From the IMG/VR virus record IMGVR_UViG_3300037851_000284, positions 1 through 64,000 of that record: a stretch of DNA of 64,000 bases; one strand, 5' to 3'. Shown one piece after another: positions 46,493 through 56,954 of the stretch (the first letter of the stretch is position 1; each line of letters opens with the position of its first letter). The stretch is from a virus (Duplodnaviria > Caudoviricetes). The notes beneath the pieces were generated by a model. That model had not been told where the DNA came from. It made no database searches and saw only the letters and a list, made by a program, of their open reading frames with translations. The position numbers and the translations under genes were made by a program.

Positions 46493-48543
46493 AGAAAATA
46501 TCGCCTAAAGTCATAGCTCTGTTAAGTCAATTATCAAAGAGCGGAGCTACCAATCTATATTCGGATAAAACAATAAAGCTCTTATCTCCATGTATATCCA
46601 AAGTGGAATCTTCCCACAAAGTAGATACGAAAAGATCAACCGCAGTAAACCGTCTGATCGACCAACTCCCAGACGGAATATACCCAAGTATGGGAGAGGT
46701 CGCATTATTAATCAAGAACTCCACAAAGGTAATTAATACAAAGTCTGTATCATACTCTCCAATGGTTATTCCGCATAAGGAGTTCCAGCCTTGCAAGGTC
46801 ATGAAACACATGCAAGGGAATATAATAACTGGACGAGATGTTGAAATACAGACAGTCTTACTAACATTATGTAAGAAAAGTAAGAGAGGGACAATATTAA
46901 TAGGTGATCCTGGAGTTGGAAAGACAGCCATAGTTCAGGCTATTAATTCGAAATTAATTGAACGGACAGTTCCTAGACAGCTAATAGGATGCCATATACT
47001 CAACATGGATGTTCCCTACATACTTTCAAAATATAAGGAAGATCCTGTAGGGGTTATAATTGGTATATTGGAAAAGGCGAGCGAATACGACAAGGCAATA
47101 TTATTCATAGATGAAGTTCATCAGCTATTAGGCCATCGGATGAACGATATACTAAAGCCATACCTGACTGAAAAAATAAGATTCATAGGCAGCACCACAA
47201 TAAACGAATATCACTCAATAATAACGGAAGATTCCGCTTTGGAGAGAAGATTTACCATTGTACACGTTAATGAACCAAATGTGGAACAAACAACGGAAAT
47301 GGTCAAGGGAACAAAGTCAGTATTTGAAGAACAACACAAGTGTATGATACCAAATGATATCTGTGATTATCTAGTAAAGACAGGAAGCAGATTTCTTGGA
47401 CATAGAAGGAATCCAGACAAGTCTCTAGATATACTTGATGTGGCCTGTTCAATAATGTATGAGAAAGAGATTCACAGTATATTCAATTCTTTTCATCCAA
47501 CTGGAGATTTCCTAAAGGATATAGAATTAAAGAGAAAACAGCTAGAATCCATGACTGACGTAGCAGGAAATAGAGTACTCGTTGAAGAATATATCAATCT
47601 TGCAATTTCGTCAGTAACTGGAGTAAGCTATACAGATATAGAGAACAGTACCAACTATGATGAAGTTGTATCTGGAATGAAAGGTATGGTATTTGGTCAG
47701 GATAAAGCTATGGAGTCCATCGCTAATGTTGTAAATATATTTAAACACGCAAAATGTGACAGGGAAAGACCAATATCGATTCTATTGACGGTGGGGCCAT
47801 CTGGATGTGGAAAAAAGACATCTGCTCAGCTGCTTGCTAAATATCTATTCGGAAATAAAAACTACTTCATAGATTATGATATGAGTAGTTTCAAAGATGC
47901 TTTTGCTCTAACCGAATTAAAAGGAGCTCCTCCAGGATATGTCGGATATGCAAAGTCTGGAGGTTTAATAAAAGCAGTAAGAACCAATCCTCTTTCTGTC
48001 CTCTATTTTCGAGGAATCAACAATTCTCACGAAGCTATCAGAAAGTATATAATAGATTGTTGCAGAAGTGGGAGAATGGTTGATTCTGCTGAAAGGGAAG
48101 CGAAGCTAAATAATACTATAGTAATATATTCCGTTACCCTATCTGATAAGGAATATGAAGAGCTACAGAAGGGAAAAGCAAGAAAAGGAATGGGGTTCAC
48201 GAAAAATGAGAATCAGCAGACAGAGAGTGAAGTATCAAAGACCTCTCTATCTTCTATTATTGGTGATGATTTAGTGAACTCGTGCGACGAGATAATTTTA
48301 TTTAATAAATTAGAGAAAGCAGACCTAGAGAGAATATATAATTCAAATCTAGACTACTATTTAGATATGTATGGTGTGGATATTGATAAAGATACATTGC
48401 AGAAAGAAGTTTTGTCCACAGCAAAGAATGGACATGATATAATTGCAAGGTTATCGTCAGAAGTACCAAAACAAGTATTCAAAATACTATCAGTTAAGGA
48501 GAAGAAAAATGAAAAAATCAATATTTCCAAAGAGAGTAATTAA
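46477..48543 (+). CDS. ClpA/ClpB-like AAA+ ATPase
   Basis: GRD.EI, GDPGVGKT, FIDEVH, ALERRF, PDKSLD, GQD.A, GAPPGYVGY. Confidence 0.88.
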   Translation: MAKGIKKISPKVIALLSQLSKSGATNLYSDKTIKLLSPCISKVESSHKVDTKRSTAVNRLIDQLPDGIYPSMGEVALLIKNSTKVINTKSVSYSPMVIPHKEFQPCKVMKHMQGNIITGRDVEIQTVLLTLCKKSKRGTILIGDPGVGKTAIVQAINSKLIERTVPRQLIGCHILNMDVPYILSKYKEDPVGVIIGILEKASEYDKAILFIDEVHQLLGHRMNDILKPYLTEKIRFIGSTTINEYHSIITEDSALERRFTIVHVNEPNVEQTTEMVKGTKSVFEEQHKCMIPNDICDYLVKTGSRFLGHRRNPDKSLDILDVACSIMYEKEIHSIFNSFHPTGDFLKDIELKRKQLESMTDVAGNRVLVEEYINLAISSVTGVSYTDIENSTNYDEVVSGMKGMVFGQDKAMESIANVVNIFKHAKCDRERPISILLTVGPSGCGKKTSAQLLAKYLFGNKNYFIDYDMSSFKDAFALTELKGAPPGYVGYAKSGGLIKAVRTNPLSVLYFRGINNSHEAIRKYIIDCCRSGRMVDSAEREAKLNNTIVIYSVTLSDKEYEELQKGKARKGMGFTKNENQQTESEVSKTSLSSIIGDDLVNSCDEIILFNKLEKADLERIYNSNLDYYLDMYGVDIDKDTLQKEVLSTAKNGHDIIARLSSEVPKQVFKILSVKEKKNEKINISKESN

Positions 48544-48703
48544 CATGATTCAAAATGGACACAGGAAAGGTCTTTCTGCTTCAGAAATTACTCTACGAAT
48601 CAATGTTTCTAATTTTGTAGCAAAAAGAGGATTATTCTATACAATTCCCTGTATAGCCACAAAGTTAGGAAATATTACAAGAAGCAAGTCAAGATCAAGA
48701 TAA
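48443..48703 (+). CDS. hypothetical protein
   Basis: ORF track. Confidence 0.45.
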   Translation: MQGYRQKYQNKYSKYYQLRRRKMKKSIFPKRVINMIQNGHRKGLSASEITLRINVSNFVAKRGLFYTIPCIATKLGNITRSKSRSR

Positions 48704-48766
48704 TCTGCTTCGTGTTTTTATTGATATCTGCACTAATTTATAACCAACTAAGGAGAAAATGAGCAA

Positions 48767-49156
48767 ATGAAAAAAATAGAAATAACCCACGCCGAAGTAG
48801 TGGCGTTCTATGGGACAAACACTGTGTTAGAAGAAGTAAAAGTAGAAAAGGGAACTATAGTTAATTTCAATATTAAGACAAGAATTAATGACAGAGTTTC
48901 TAACAGTCCTGTAATATATGATAAATGTTCTTATTTCGCGTCTTCCGAAGAGCAGCTTGGCAAGATCAAGAAAGTAATAACATTGGGAAATATAGTTGAT
49001 ATAAAAGGTACACACGACAGAACAAAAGGTAAAAAACTAGACAAAGACGGAAAAGTTAAATATTTTGATTCCATAAGAGTGAGAGAAATTGTTTCAATAC
49101 AAGACTCCCCAGCAAGATCCTCAAGCCCAGCTGTGGAAGACGAACTTCCCTTCTAA
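48767..49156 (+). CDS. second, divergent SSB-like OB-fold protein
   Basis: G.IV.IKG strand pattern; EDELPF tail. Confidence 0.65.
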   Translation: MKKIEITHAEVVAFYGTNTVLEEVKVEKGTIVNFNIKTRINDRVSNSPVIYDKCSYFASSEEQLGKIKKVITLGNIVDIKGTHDRTKGKKLDKDGKVKYFDSIRVREIVSIQDSPARSSSPAVEDELPF

Positions 49157-49164
49157 GGAGAAAT

Positions 49165-49593
49165 ATGTTTGTAACCAAAGATCCTAAAGAGATTAAATGG
49201 TACTGGTATGACAAGAAGTTACATGCGGTAAGTGTCTCTCTCAACGGAGAATCTCTTGATCTCGAAGAACTATACAAATCGGCCAATAAAATCCTGAAGG
49301 ACAAGGAAGATATGTGTAAAAATATATCCTACCTTGGTCTTGGATTAACTGGAAGTGAAGAAGCAGGATCAGGTTTCCTTCTAGGATGGCTGTTAAGAAG
49401 TATAAAGGGAGACCAACTTTGGGTAATCAATCATACCAAAGAAGATGCTTCGATAGATGAAATAAGAGAGAATGTTGGAAACGCCCTCATTGAGTATGGA
49501 ACAAAAATGAAAGAAGGAAAGATAAACAAAGAAACGGTAGTCAGTACTCCAAATGTTGGAGGAACAGATGGAACAGACCTCTTTAGCAAATAA
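49165..49593 (+). CDS. hypothetical protein
   Basis: RBS aaggag. Confidence 0.6.
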   Translation: MFVTKDPKEIKWYWYDKKLHAVSVSLNGESLDLEELYKSANKILKDKEDMCKNISYLGLGLTGSEEAGSGFLLGWLLRSIKGDQLWVINHTKEDASIDEIRENVGNALIEYGTKMKEGKINKETVVSTPNVGGTDGTDLFSK

Positions 49594-50344
49594 AGTTGTG
49601 TCATTACACTTACAGAGCTGTTCCACAGAATGTGGAAATAGCTCTGTATGTTACTTTAGGAAAAGGGAAAAACGATACGATATAAATTTTTTAATAAAGA
49701 CGCGCTCTAGCTTATTATATCCACTATTAAAAAAAGGAATTAGAGTACATGAATCCATAATGTATTTAGAAATGGATTCTGCCATTTTTTTAATGAGTCT
49801 TTTCTCAAATTATAACACTACCTTGTCATCAAGTTTAATTAACAAAACCCTCATAATACCAAGTTTGGTTAAAGACCAGTTTCAGATATCAGTTTATACA
49901 CTAAAGGATATCGAAAAATTTAGAAGCTTTCAAAAATTATTCTTAATGAAAGATTTCCAAAGTTTAGATCTTTCATTAAGAATACTTTCAGGAGAAATTA
50001 ATAATATTGGAAAAATACATCTATTAATAGACAATTGTTTCATAGATGCTAGAAAATCCTTATTATTAATCAAAATGTTGGAAAAAAACAAAGATCCTCG
50101 AATAACGCTAGACCGTTGTTTGTCAGGATGGTTAGTCAATGGACATTGTCCGTATAAGAAAGATTATATAGATATTAACTTTGATGGGACTGTGAGAAAA
50201 TGTCCTTATGCAAAAAAAGGACTGGTTCCAAAAGACTTAAAACTCTCAACTATAGAGAGATTATTAATAGAAGAAATAGATCACTATAAACTCGATCCAG
50301 AATTTATATGCCCGTATAGGGGCATATTTGGAGGAATTAAATGA
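49553..50344 (+). CDS. hypothetical protein with radical-SAM/SPASM-like remnants
   Basis: CSTEC...CYF; C...G.CP...INFDGTVRKCPY. Confidence 0.45.
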   Translation: MLEEQMEQTSLANKVVSLHLQSCSTECGNSSVCYFRKREKRYDINFLIKTRSSLLYPLLKKGIRVHESIMYLEMDSAIFLMSLFSNYNTTLSSSLINKTLIIPSLVKDQFQISVYTLKDIEKFRSFQKLFLMKDFQSLDLSLRILSGEINNIGKIHLLIDNCFIDARKSLLLIKMLEKNKDPRITLDRCLSGWLVNGHCPYKKDYIDINFDGTVRKCPYAKKGLVPKDLKLSTIERLLIEEIDHYKLDPEFICPYRGIFGGIK

Positions 50345-51186
50345 TACCAAAGATACCACTAGTGAAAATGCGGTTGCCAATTGTGGGGACAGAAGCGATA
50401 CTGAATGTAACGGGAGATTTCCATCTCGGAGCAAGTAACGTAGAGAAGTCAGAGATTGTTGATTCCCTTAATAGAGAATCAACAGAACACAAAGGAAACA
50501 TATTCAGGATATTTACTGGAGATCTGATGGAGAACCAGCTAAAGACATCTGTTGGTCATAACTATGACCCATCGATAGCAGATCCATCAGTACAAAAAAC
50601 AGAGGTAGTAGATATACTCAAGAGAACAAATGAAGAGTTGTATGCAAAGGAAAACTGGTCAAAGTTGTCAGTCAACCAGAACGCAAAGAATTTTGAGGGA
50701 GTAAGATCTGTAGGAGTTGAAGGTAATCACGAATACAGGACACGGAAGCTGGCTGGGCAATGGCTCATGAGAGAAGTATGTTCTCTTTCTAAAACTTTAT
50801 ACCTTGGGATTCACTCAATAATTGAGCTGACTATATACAACAAAAAGCTGAAAATGGAGAAAGTATACAGGATATATGTAGCTCATCGTCCTTCAAAGAC
50901 AGATGCTACATCAGTAGAAGCCATATTAAGAGCATTCAGAAGAAAGCAAAGTATGCTTCCTGGAGTGGATGTGATAGTATTTGGTCACTTCCACAGAAGG
51001 TTTATTTCTCCAGAAGGATATTTTGATGCTAGAACAAACGAATTTAGAAAGATTCTATTCGTGACTAATCCTTCTCCGCTGTGTAATCCTGAGTACAGTG
51101 ATGAAGCGGGTTATCCTCCAATAGAAACGGGATTTTCAGTTAATGTAAGTCTACCCCTCTATGGGCAACCATGGGGAGTCATTTAA
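50341..51186 (+). CDS. metallophosphoesterase
   Basis: GDFHLG, GDLMEN, GNHE, GHFH. Confidence 0.85.
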   Translation: MIPKIPLVKMRLPIVGTEAILNVTGDFHLGASNVEKSEIVDSLNRESTEHKGNIFRIFTGDLMENQLKTSVGHNYDPSIADPSVQKTEVVDILKRTNEELYAKENWSKLSVNQNAKNFEGVRSVGVEGNHEYRTRKLAGQWLMREVCSLSKTLYLGIHSIIELTIYNKKLKMEKVYRIYVAHRPSKTDATSVEAILRAFRRKQSMLPGVDVIVFGHFHRRFISPEGYFDARTNEFRKILFVTNPSPLCNPEYSDEAGYPPIETGFSVNVSLPLYGQPWGVI

Positions 51187-52982
51187 GAAAGAGAGAAACA
51201 ATGAACAAGACTACTGCTAAGGGAGAAAAGGCGGAGAAGGCGATTCAAGAGGCATTTGAGCCGATCTTCAATCGAATACTTTGCGACGCAGGGATTATCT
51301 TTGTAGATACTCCAGAGGAAACAAGATTAATAAGGGAAATATTGAGAAAGTTTCAAAAGGACTACGTACAGTTCTGGTCAATAGGGCAAGGACTCCATGA
51401 TGTCAACAAAAAGAACATTCATATAGACAGATTCTATCCGTACAAGTTCCCTTCTGCTCAAGCAAGGGTTGGTTCGGGGTCTAATTTTGACACTAGAGTA
51501 TCCCCTCTTAATGTATTTAGTATTATAGAAGAGGACTCCAGAACAAAAATAGTTCCTGAAGGAACGCCAAAGAAAAGGCACATATATGTCCTACGGGATC
51601 TTGATAAGTTTCTAAAAGACCCTGTGGTAATCAGAAGGCTGAAGGATTTGGTTTATCTTTGTGCGACATCGGCTTCAACCATAGTGGTGACGGGTTATGG
51701 AATATCGGTTCCAAACGACATAGAGAAGGATACCACCTATGTGCGACTTCCCTATCCTACAAAGGAAGAGATTCGTGACATAATACTAAAGGACGTAAGA
51801 GCTCAGATTAAAAAACATAATGCTACTCCGAAACCCAGGGAAGACAAGGTTGATGACACAATAGACGATTCATTCAACGATGATGATGTCGCTAGAGCTT
51901 GTCTTGGATTAACTGAAGACCAAATAATAAATGCTCTCCAGTATTCAATGACTACGTTGTATAGGGTGGATATTCCTCTCATTATAGAGGAAAAGAAATC
52001 CATCATAAATAAATCAGATATTCTAGAATATTGGGCTTGTAAGGACAATTTAAAGAATATTGGTGGATTCGGAGAGATAAAGAAATGGTTTAGTATACAG
52101 AAAACCGTAATAACAAATGCTGAAAACGCAGCAAAGTTCAATACAGAACCTCCCAAGGCAATTATGCTACTAGGAGTACAAGGTTCAGGTAAGACTCTCT
52201 GTGCGAAGGCTCTTGCTCAAGATTGGAATGTTGGATTGACAAAACTAGATTTCAGTAAGGTATTTGCTGGTCTAGTTGGTGAATCTGAAAAAAGAATGAG
52301 ACAGGCCCTAATGCAGGTTGATGCTGTTGGCGGTATTGTTGTTATAGACGAACTAGATAAAGGATTATCTGGAGCCGGAAGTTCAGACAAGACAGACGGA
52401 GGAACAACCAATAGAGTAATTGGTACCTTTCTAACGTGGTTGAACGAGGAGCATCCTGGGGTCTTTTTAATTGCTACTGCTAACGATATTTCCAATCTCA
52501 GAAGGAATCATCCTGAACTGTTAAGAAAAGGAAGATTCGATGAAATTTGGTTCTCCGATGTTCCGAATGTAGAGGAGAGAGAAGAAATATTCAAGATCCA
52601 CCTCGAAAAGAGAGGAAGAGATCCAGAGAAATTTGACATAAGGAAACTATCCGAGTATGAATTCACGGATTCCAGCGGACAGACCTATTCCGTAACAGGA
52701 GCGGAGATTGAATCTTCAATCAAGGACGCATTACGGAACAAGTTTGCGTCTAGAGGAGGAAAGGAAATTGAGATAGGATCAAAGGACGATATAAACACAG
52801 AAGATATTATGTCTATGCTTAAGAAAATAAAACCTATCACAATGATTGGGAAAGAAACCATATCATCAATGAGAAAATGGTCGGAGAACAACGCAAACAA
52901 CGTTTCCATCGGAACAACAAAGAAAGATAAGAAAGAAAAAGTACATAAACTTAACCTGAGAACAGACGACGTTAATATATAA
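51171..52982 (+). CDS. Ycf46-like AAA+ ATPase (start probably 51201)
   Basis: D...L.D..VIRRLK, EEKK..I, GVQGSGKT, IDELDK, PELLRKGRFDEI. Confidence 0.88.
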   Translation: MGSHLRKRETMNKTTAKGEKAEKAIQEAFEPIFNRILCDAGIIFVDTPEETRLIREILRKFQKDYVQFWSIGQGLHDVNKKNIHIDRFYPYKFPSAQARVGSGSNFDTRVSPLNVFSIIEEDSRTKIVPEGTPKKRHIYVLRDLDKFLKDPVVIRRLKDLVYLCATSASTIVVTGYGISVPNDIEKDTTYVRLPYPTKEEIRDIILKDVRAQIKKHNATPKPREDKVDDTIDDSFNDDDVARACLGLTEDQIINALQYSMTTLYRVDIPLIIEEKKSIINKSDILEYWACKDNLKNIGGFGEIKKWFSIQKTVITNAENAAKFNTEPPKAIMLLGVQGSGKTLCAKALAQDWNVGLTKLDFSKVFAGLVGESEKRMRQALMQVDAVGGIVVIDELDKGLSGAGSSDKTDGGTTNRVIGTFLTWLNEEHPGVFLIATANDISNLRRNHPELLRKGRFDEIWFSDVPNVEEREEIFKIHLEKRGRDPEKFDIRKLSEYEFTDSSGQTYSVTGAEIESSIKDALRNKFASRGGKEIEIGSKDDINTEDIMSMLKKIKPITMIGKETISSMRKWSENNANNVSIGTTKKDKKEKVHKLNLRTDDVNI

Positions 52983-52996
52983 TAAAGGAGTAACAA

Positions 52997-53425
52997 ATGT
53001 CACACAAGACAGAACTGAAGACAGAACTTCGGCACAAAAGGTATCTCACCAAGGCTCTTAAAGACCTAGGATTCACCTTCAAGCAGGCCGAGGGAAACAT
53101 GCTGGTTACCAATGGTAACTATGGAGTCCGCGAGAAGGTGGAAATACTGGTCGAAGGAAATGGAAACATCAACTACAACGGAGCGGTTGGATTCAAGAAA
53201 AATGAAGACGGTACATATACCGCAGTAGGAGATTTCCACGGCCTCCGGACAAGAGACGGAAGATCCGTTTCAGCAGAAATGTTAAAGTGTGAAGTTACTG
53301 CTCATGCCAAAGAAAATGAAGTAAACGAAAGGCTTGCAGCACTAATGTTCACTCTGGATCAGAGTAGCCGAAAGGAAAGCAACCAAGAGATATCCTTTAC
53401 ACTTCAAAGATGGGTCGATACTTAA
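52997..53425 (+). CDS. DUF1257-like protein
   Basis: MSH.T..KT.L......L..AL.DLG...VGF.K..DG.Y....D. Confidence 0.8.
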   Translation: MSHKTELKTELRHKRYLTKALKDLGFTFKQAEGNMLVTNGNYGVREKVEILVEGNGNINYNGAVGFKKNEDGTYTAVGDFHGLRTRDGRSVSAEMLKCEVTAHAKENEVNERLAALMFTLDQSSRKESNQEISFTLQRWVDT

Positions 53426-53471
53426 TCCATTTGTTCATATTACAAATTTAACTTTTTAAGGGAGAATAATT

Positions 53472-53672
53472 ATGCCTTATCAAATGGTACACGTAAAAAT
53501 CAACAAAGCCAGCGGAAAGATAACAATCGAGGCTGAGGGATTTAAGGGAACACAGTGTGATGTCATATCCGAAGCTGAGGCTCAATTGGGTACTATAACA
53601 AATACTACTGATAAATCTGAGCGCTATCAGCATGTGCAACCTGATTATGTACCCAACAGACTAGGTGGTTGA
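53472..53672 (+). CDS. DUF2997-like protein
   Basis: I....G.I.IE.EG..G..C....E..LG......E.Y. Confidence 0.8.
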   Translation: MPYQMVHVKINKASGKITIEAEGFKGTQCDVISEAEAQLGTITNTTDKSERYQHVQPDYVPNRLGG

Positions 53673-53775
53673 TTTTTCCATAGAAATCAATTAGAATCTC
53701 ACCTCCTTTCATTCTAATTGATCCACCTTCACGGGTAAGGGTAGATACCAAGGATGGCTACTACCCTTTTAAAAT

Positions 53776-54387
53776 ATGTTAAAAGAAATAGTGTCGGATT
53801 TTATCGAAAAGGACAATACTTTAATAACTGCTTCCCCTGGGAATGGAAGTACGGTTATTACTATGTTGTTCGTTAATCTATTATTAAGAGAGAATAAGAC
53901 CATATTATACTATAATCCCACAACGGATATAGACGAACATTTCGTTAAATTAAACTATCCCCTGTTGTCTACAGATTTATTCTTTCATAAGGAAAGTTTG
54001 TCTCTATTGTTACAATTCCTGAAGCATATAAATTATAAAATAGATTACTTGGTCCTAGATTCTGGGGATACGTTGCTCGTTAAACGAGAGTTACTACCAT
54101 TATTGAGACAACAATTATTAAAAAATTGTTGTAAGATAATTGCTACCTCCCAGATAAGACAAGATCCAAATAAAGGAGGACAAGTGTATAGTCCATTGGA
54201 AGTACTCAATAAGAAGTATAACAATGAATTATTTAAGACAAGTATATGGATAAGAGACGTAACAGAACCAACAAGTATATGTAAGTCAAGATATCTAGAC
54301 ATTTATAACAATAACCGTGATGGAAATAACTTCGTCAGAAGATACATAGCAAAATTTGACACCAAAACAGGAATTGTATATGAGTGA
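53776..54387 (+). CDS. degenerate RecA-like P-loop protein
   Basis: ASPGNGST in Walker A position; LVLDS; TSQIRQ. Confidence 0.55.
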   Translation: MLKEIVSDFIEKDNTLITASPGNGSTVITMLFVNLLLRENKTILYYNPTTDIDEHFVKLNYPLLSTDLFFHKESLSLLLQFLKHINYKIDYLVLDSGDTLLVKRELLPLLRQQLLKNCCKIIATSQIRQDPNKGGQVYSPLEVLNKKYNNELFKTSIWIRDVTEPTSICKSRYLDIYNNNRDGNNFVRRYIAKFDTKTGIVYE

Positions 54388-54513
54388 AGATCACGAATTA
54401 TGTGTAGAAGTAAAAAACTATCCACATCTTGTACATTTCAATGGATCACATGAAAAACATAAGTAGGAGAGTATTATGAAAATGGTAGATTTGAAAATGT
54501 ATGTGAAAGATTT

Positions 54514-54738
54514 TTGTATGAGACTGTAGTATTTATAAAAATTAAAGAGTGTAGATGTGGATGTGGTGTACTCATACACGATGGAATTCCAAAACTTACT
54601 ATTAGATGTAATACAAGGACTAAGGCATTTAGTCAGCACACAAGTCTAATACAGCAATATATAGCAATTGTAAAAGCTGAACACTTCGATAAGGAAGAAA
54701 TTACTATAAGTAGAATGATTAATCTTAGGAGAAGATAA
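54514..54738 (+). CDS. hypothetical protein
   Basis: CRCGCG; coupled to next ORF. Confidence 0.45.
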   Translation: MYETVVFIKIKECRCGCGVLIHDGIPKLTIRCNTRTKAFSQHTSLIQQYIAIVKAEHFDKEEITISRMINLRRR

Positions 54739-55151
54739 TGAAAAGAGTTTATACATCTGGAAATATGCCATCACACATAGCAGCGTTTGCAGTACAATTA
54801 CAAGGCAGGTTATCTGGACAAAAAGAGACGGAATTTTGGGAAGCCTCAAGTATTGAAGAATTTGAAAAGAATGCCAGCGAAATAGGGTATGAGATAGTAC
54901 CGTCAATGGACGCATCTACGAATAGATGCTACCTAGTAGGATTCGCTGTAGAGGATCCAGTGGTTGTGGTTGTTAGAGATGCTTATTCCCAGCTTAAGAT
55001 GTATTTTATAGAGATATCCGAACCAGAGTTTCGTGCTTGGGTAAAGAAAATAAAATCTCACAGAGAAGATCAGCAGTTAGATATGATGATGAGAAGAGAA
55101 CAAAGCAAAGCAAATAGAAAACCACTAATCACTGGAGGAACAAATGCTTAA
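54738..55151 (+). CDS. hypothetical protein
   Basis: RBS aggag. Confidence 0.6.
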   Translation: MKRVYTSGNMPSHIAAFAVQLQGRLSGQKETEFWEASSIEEFEKNASEIGYEIVPSMDASTNRCYLVGFAVEDPVVVVVRDAYSQLKMYFIEISEPEFRAWVKKIKSHREDQQLDMMMRREQSKANRKPLITGGTNA

Positions 55152-55737
55152 CATGGGATATTCTATATCGGTGGAAGACGACAATGAACTGAAGAAGTTC
55201 AAAAACAGCGCCGCCTACGGGACCTACTTGAAATCTATAGCAAATTCTCCAGCATTTAAATCGATAATGAAAGAACACATCGATAGAATCGATGTTTCTG
55301 ATGATATTGCTGTTTTGAAAGATCAGGGAAAACTACCAGAAGCAATAAATGCGAAAACGCTGAGTGACCTGTTTAAACAGTCACTGTCTAGAATGGCTAT
55401 ATGTATAGTGGCTGATACCATCATACTAAAAGAACTGGAATCAGTGAATATCCAGGAGGTATTATCTGACATCAGTGCTGATTCCAATATTTGCTATTTG
55501 CTTGGGAAAGCTGATACTAAATACTATGAGCAGGCCAATAAACTACTGGAGAAGGGGGAATTAGAAGAAAATAGCATAGGATATAGAGGACTAGTGAATT
55601 ATCTGAAAAATTCTGGGAAATTCAAAGACCTAAAAATCACAAAAGTCCCTGAAATAAGCCAAGAAGAGAAAAAACCAAGGAAGTTTGAGAAAAAAGCTTC
55701 TACGATAGACCCAGATAGCAATAATATAGTTTTATAA
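55144..55737 (+). CDS. hypothetical protein
   Basis: RBS ggagg. Confidence 0.65.
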   Translation: MLNMGYSISVEDDNELKKFKNSAAYGTYLKSIANSPAFKSIMKEHIDRIDVSDDIAVLKDQGKLPEAINAKTLSDLFKQSLSRMAICIVADTIILKELESVNIQEVLSDISADSNICYLLGKADTKYYEQANKLLEKGELEENSIGYRGLVNYLKNSGKFKDLKITKVPEISQEEKKPRKFEKKASTIDPDSNNIVL

Positions 55738-55746
55738 CGGAGAAAT

Positions 55747-55998
55747 ATGGATATACAAGTAAAAGAGGAAACATTAGGAGAATGTAACATAACAACTTAT
55801 ATAGATATCGATAAAGATGCTCAGTATCTTATAAAATCGCTTTGTATATTACAAATCCTCTGCATGAATTCTAGGGAAGATGAGAAGAAAAGCAGAGAAT
55901 TCTATGAAATATTAAAAGAAGCAACAGATAAAGCATCAAAATTATTTAATCAGGATAAGGAAGATTTAGATATAGATGCAACAGCTCAATTCCGTTAG
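55747..55998 (+). CDS. hypothetical protein
   Basis: RBS ggag. Confidence 0.55.
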   Translation: MDIQVKEETLGECNITTYIDIDKDAQYLIKSLCILQILCMNSREDEKKSREFYEILKEATDKASKLFNQDKEDLDIDATAQFR

Positions 55999-56281
55999 TA
56001 TCACGTCTACATATTTTATTGATAAAATAGAGGATTTGATTGTTAAGCTTGCCAAAGCTTTATCTTTAGAACATAGCATACCCATCGATTCCGCTAAAGT
56101 AATGGCTCGCCAAATAATACAAAGAAGACTAAATTCTCTATTAACTGAGGAAGAGAAGAAAGGTATTGAAAATATAACCAATACCATTAAAGAGGACCTA
56201 AAAAGATTTAATGGTACCGCTGGACAACTTCTTAATTGTGAGAAAGTATACGAATTGCTAAAAACTATGGAGTTACTATGA
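55976..56281 (+). CDS. hypothetical protein
   Basis: overlapping ORF. Confidence 0.55.
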   Translation: MQQLNSVSITSTYFIDKIEDLIVKLAKALSLEHSIPIDSAKVMARQIIQRRLNSLLTEEEKKGIENITNTIKEDLKRFNGTAGQLLNCEKVYELLKTMELL

Positions 56282-56667
56282 CAAAGAAGGACATAGATCT
56301 AATAGAAAAAGCAATTTTACACTGGAAATATGATATATTACCAGCCTTATTGAATGATATGGTACCCAAAAGTGGTATAGGAGCAAGTTCTTGTCCTTTA
56401 TGTAGAGTCTATAACAAAGGAAACAGTAATGGATGTGGAAAGTGTCCTATAAAAATAAAAGTTAAACATGATTTCTGTTTATTTACTCCATTTATAAAAG
56501 TTCAGTTCTTTTGTAACAAAAGAAAATATAAGAAAGCTGTTTCTGCTTGCTTAGAAGAGATCGAATTGTTAGAATCCTTGTTAGACGGTAGAAAAGTTAA
56601 AAAAGGGGAAGGCAAGGAAGAGGATCGCGGATCTGTACCAGCTAATAGAATATGTTTAAGATATTAA
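56278..56667 (+). CDS. Cys-rich hypothetical protein
   Basis: paralog of 43643. Confidence 0.6.
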   Translation: MTKKDIDLIEKAILHWKYDILPALLNDMVPKSGIGASSCPLCRVYNKGNSNGCGKCPIKIKVKHDFCLFTPFIKVQFFCNKRKYKKAVSACLEEIELLESLLDGRKVKKGEGKEEDRGSVPANRICLRY

Positions 56668-56683
56668 TAATAAGGATATTACA

Positions 56684-56896
56684 GTGAATAAGAAAATTAC
56701 TTTATCAAAGAAGAACCAGCGTTTAGTAAAAGAAACAATTGTTTACTGGGAAGACGATGTTCTTTGTGCTAGAAAAGAAATAAAGTTTCTTAAGTCTTTG
56801 CTAGATAATGGCAAAACTGTAAAAAGAAGGAAATATACAAAAAGAACAGAGGATCGTGGTTCTGTATCCACTAACGGGATTTGTTTAAGACAATAA
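56684..56896 (+). CDS. internally deleted paralog of 56278
   Basis: EI..L.SLLD...VK...EDRGSV..N.ICLR shared. Confidence 0.55.
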   Translation: MNKKITLSKKNQRLVKETIVYWEDDVLCARKEIKFLKSLLDNGKTVKRRKYTKRTEDRGSVSTNGICLRQ

Positions 56897-56954
56897 AACC
56901 TTCGCGCAAAGAAATTCTAAAAATTCCGGCGGAGAATCTAGAAAGACAATAAAA

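Noticed and set aside
49553-50344. Active radical SAM enzyme
   Set aside because: No clean CxxxCxxC spacing and too short; left as a low-confidence resemblance
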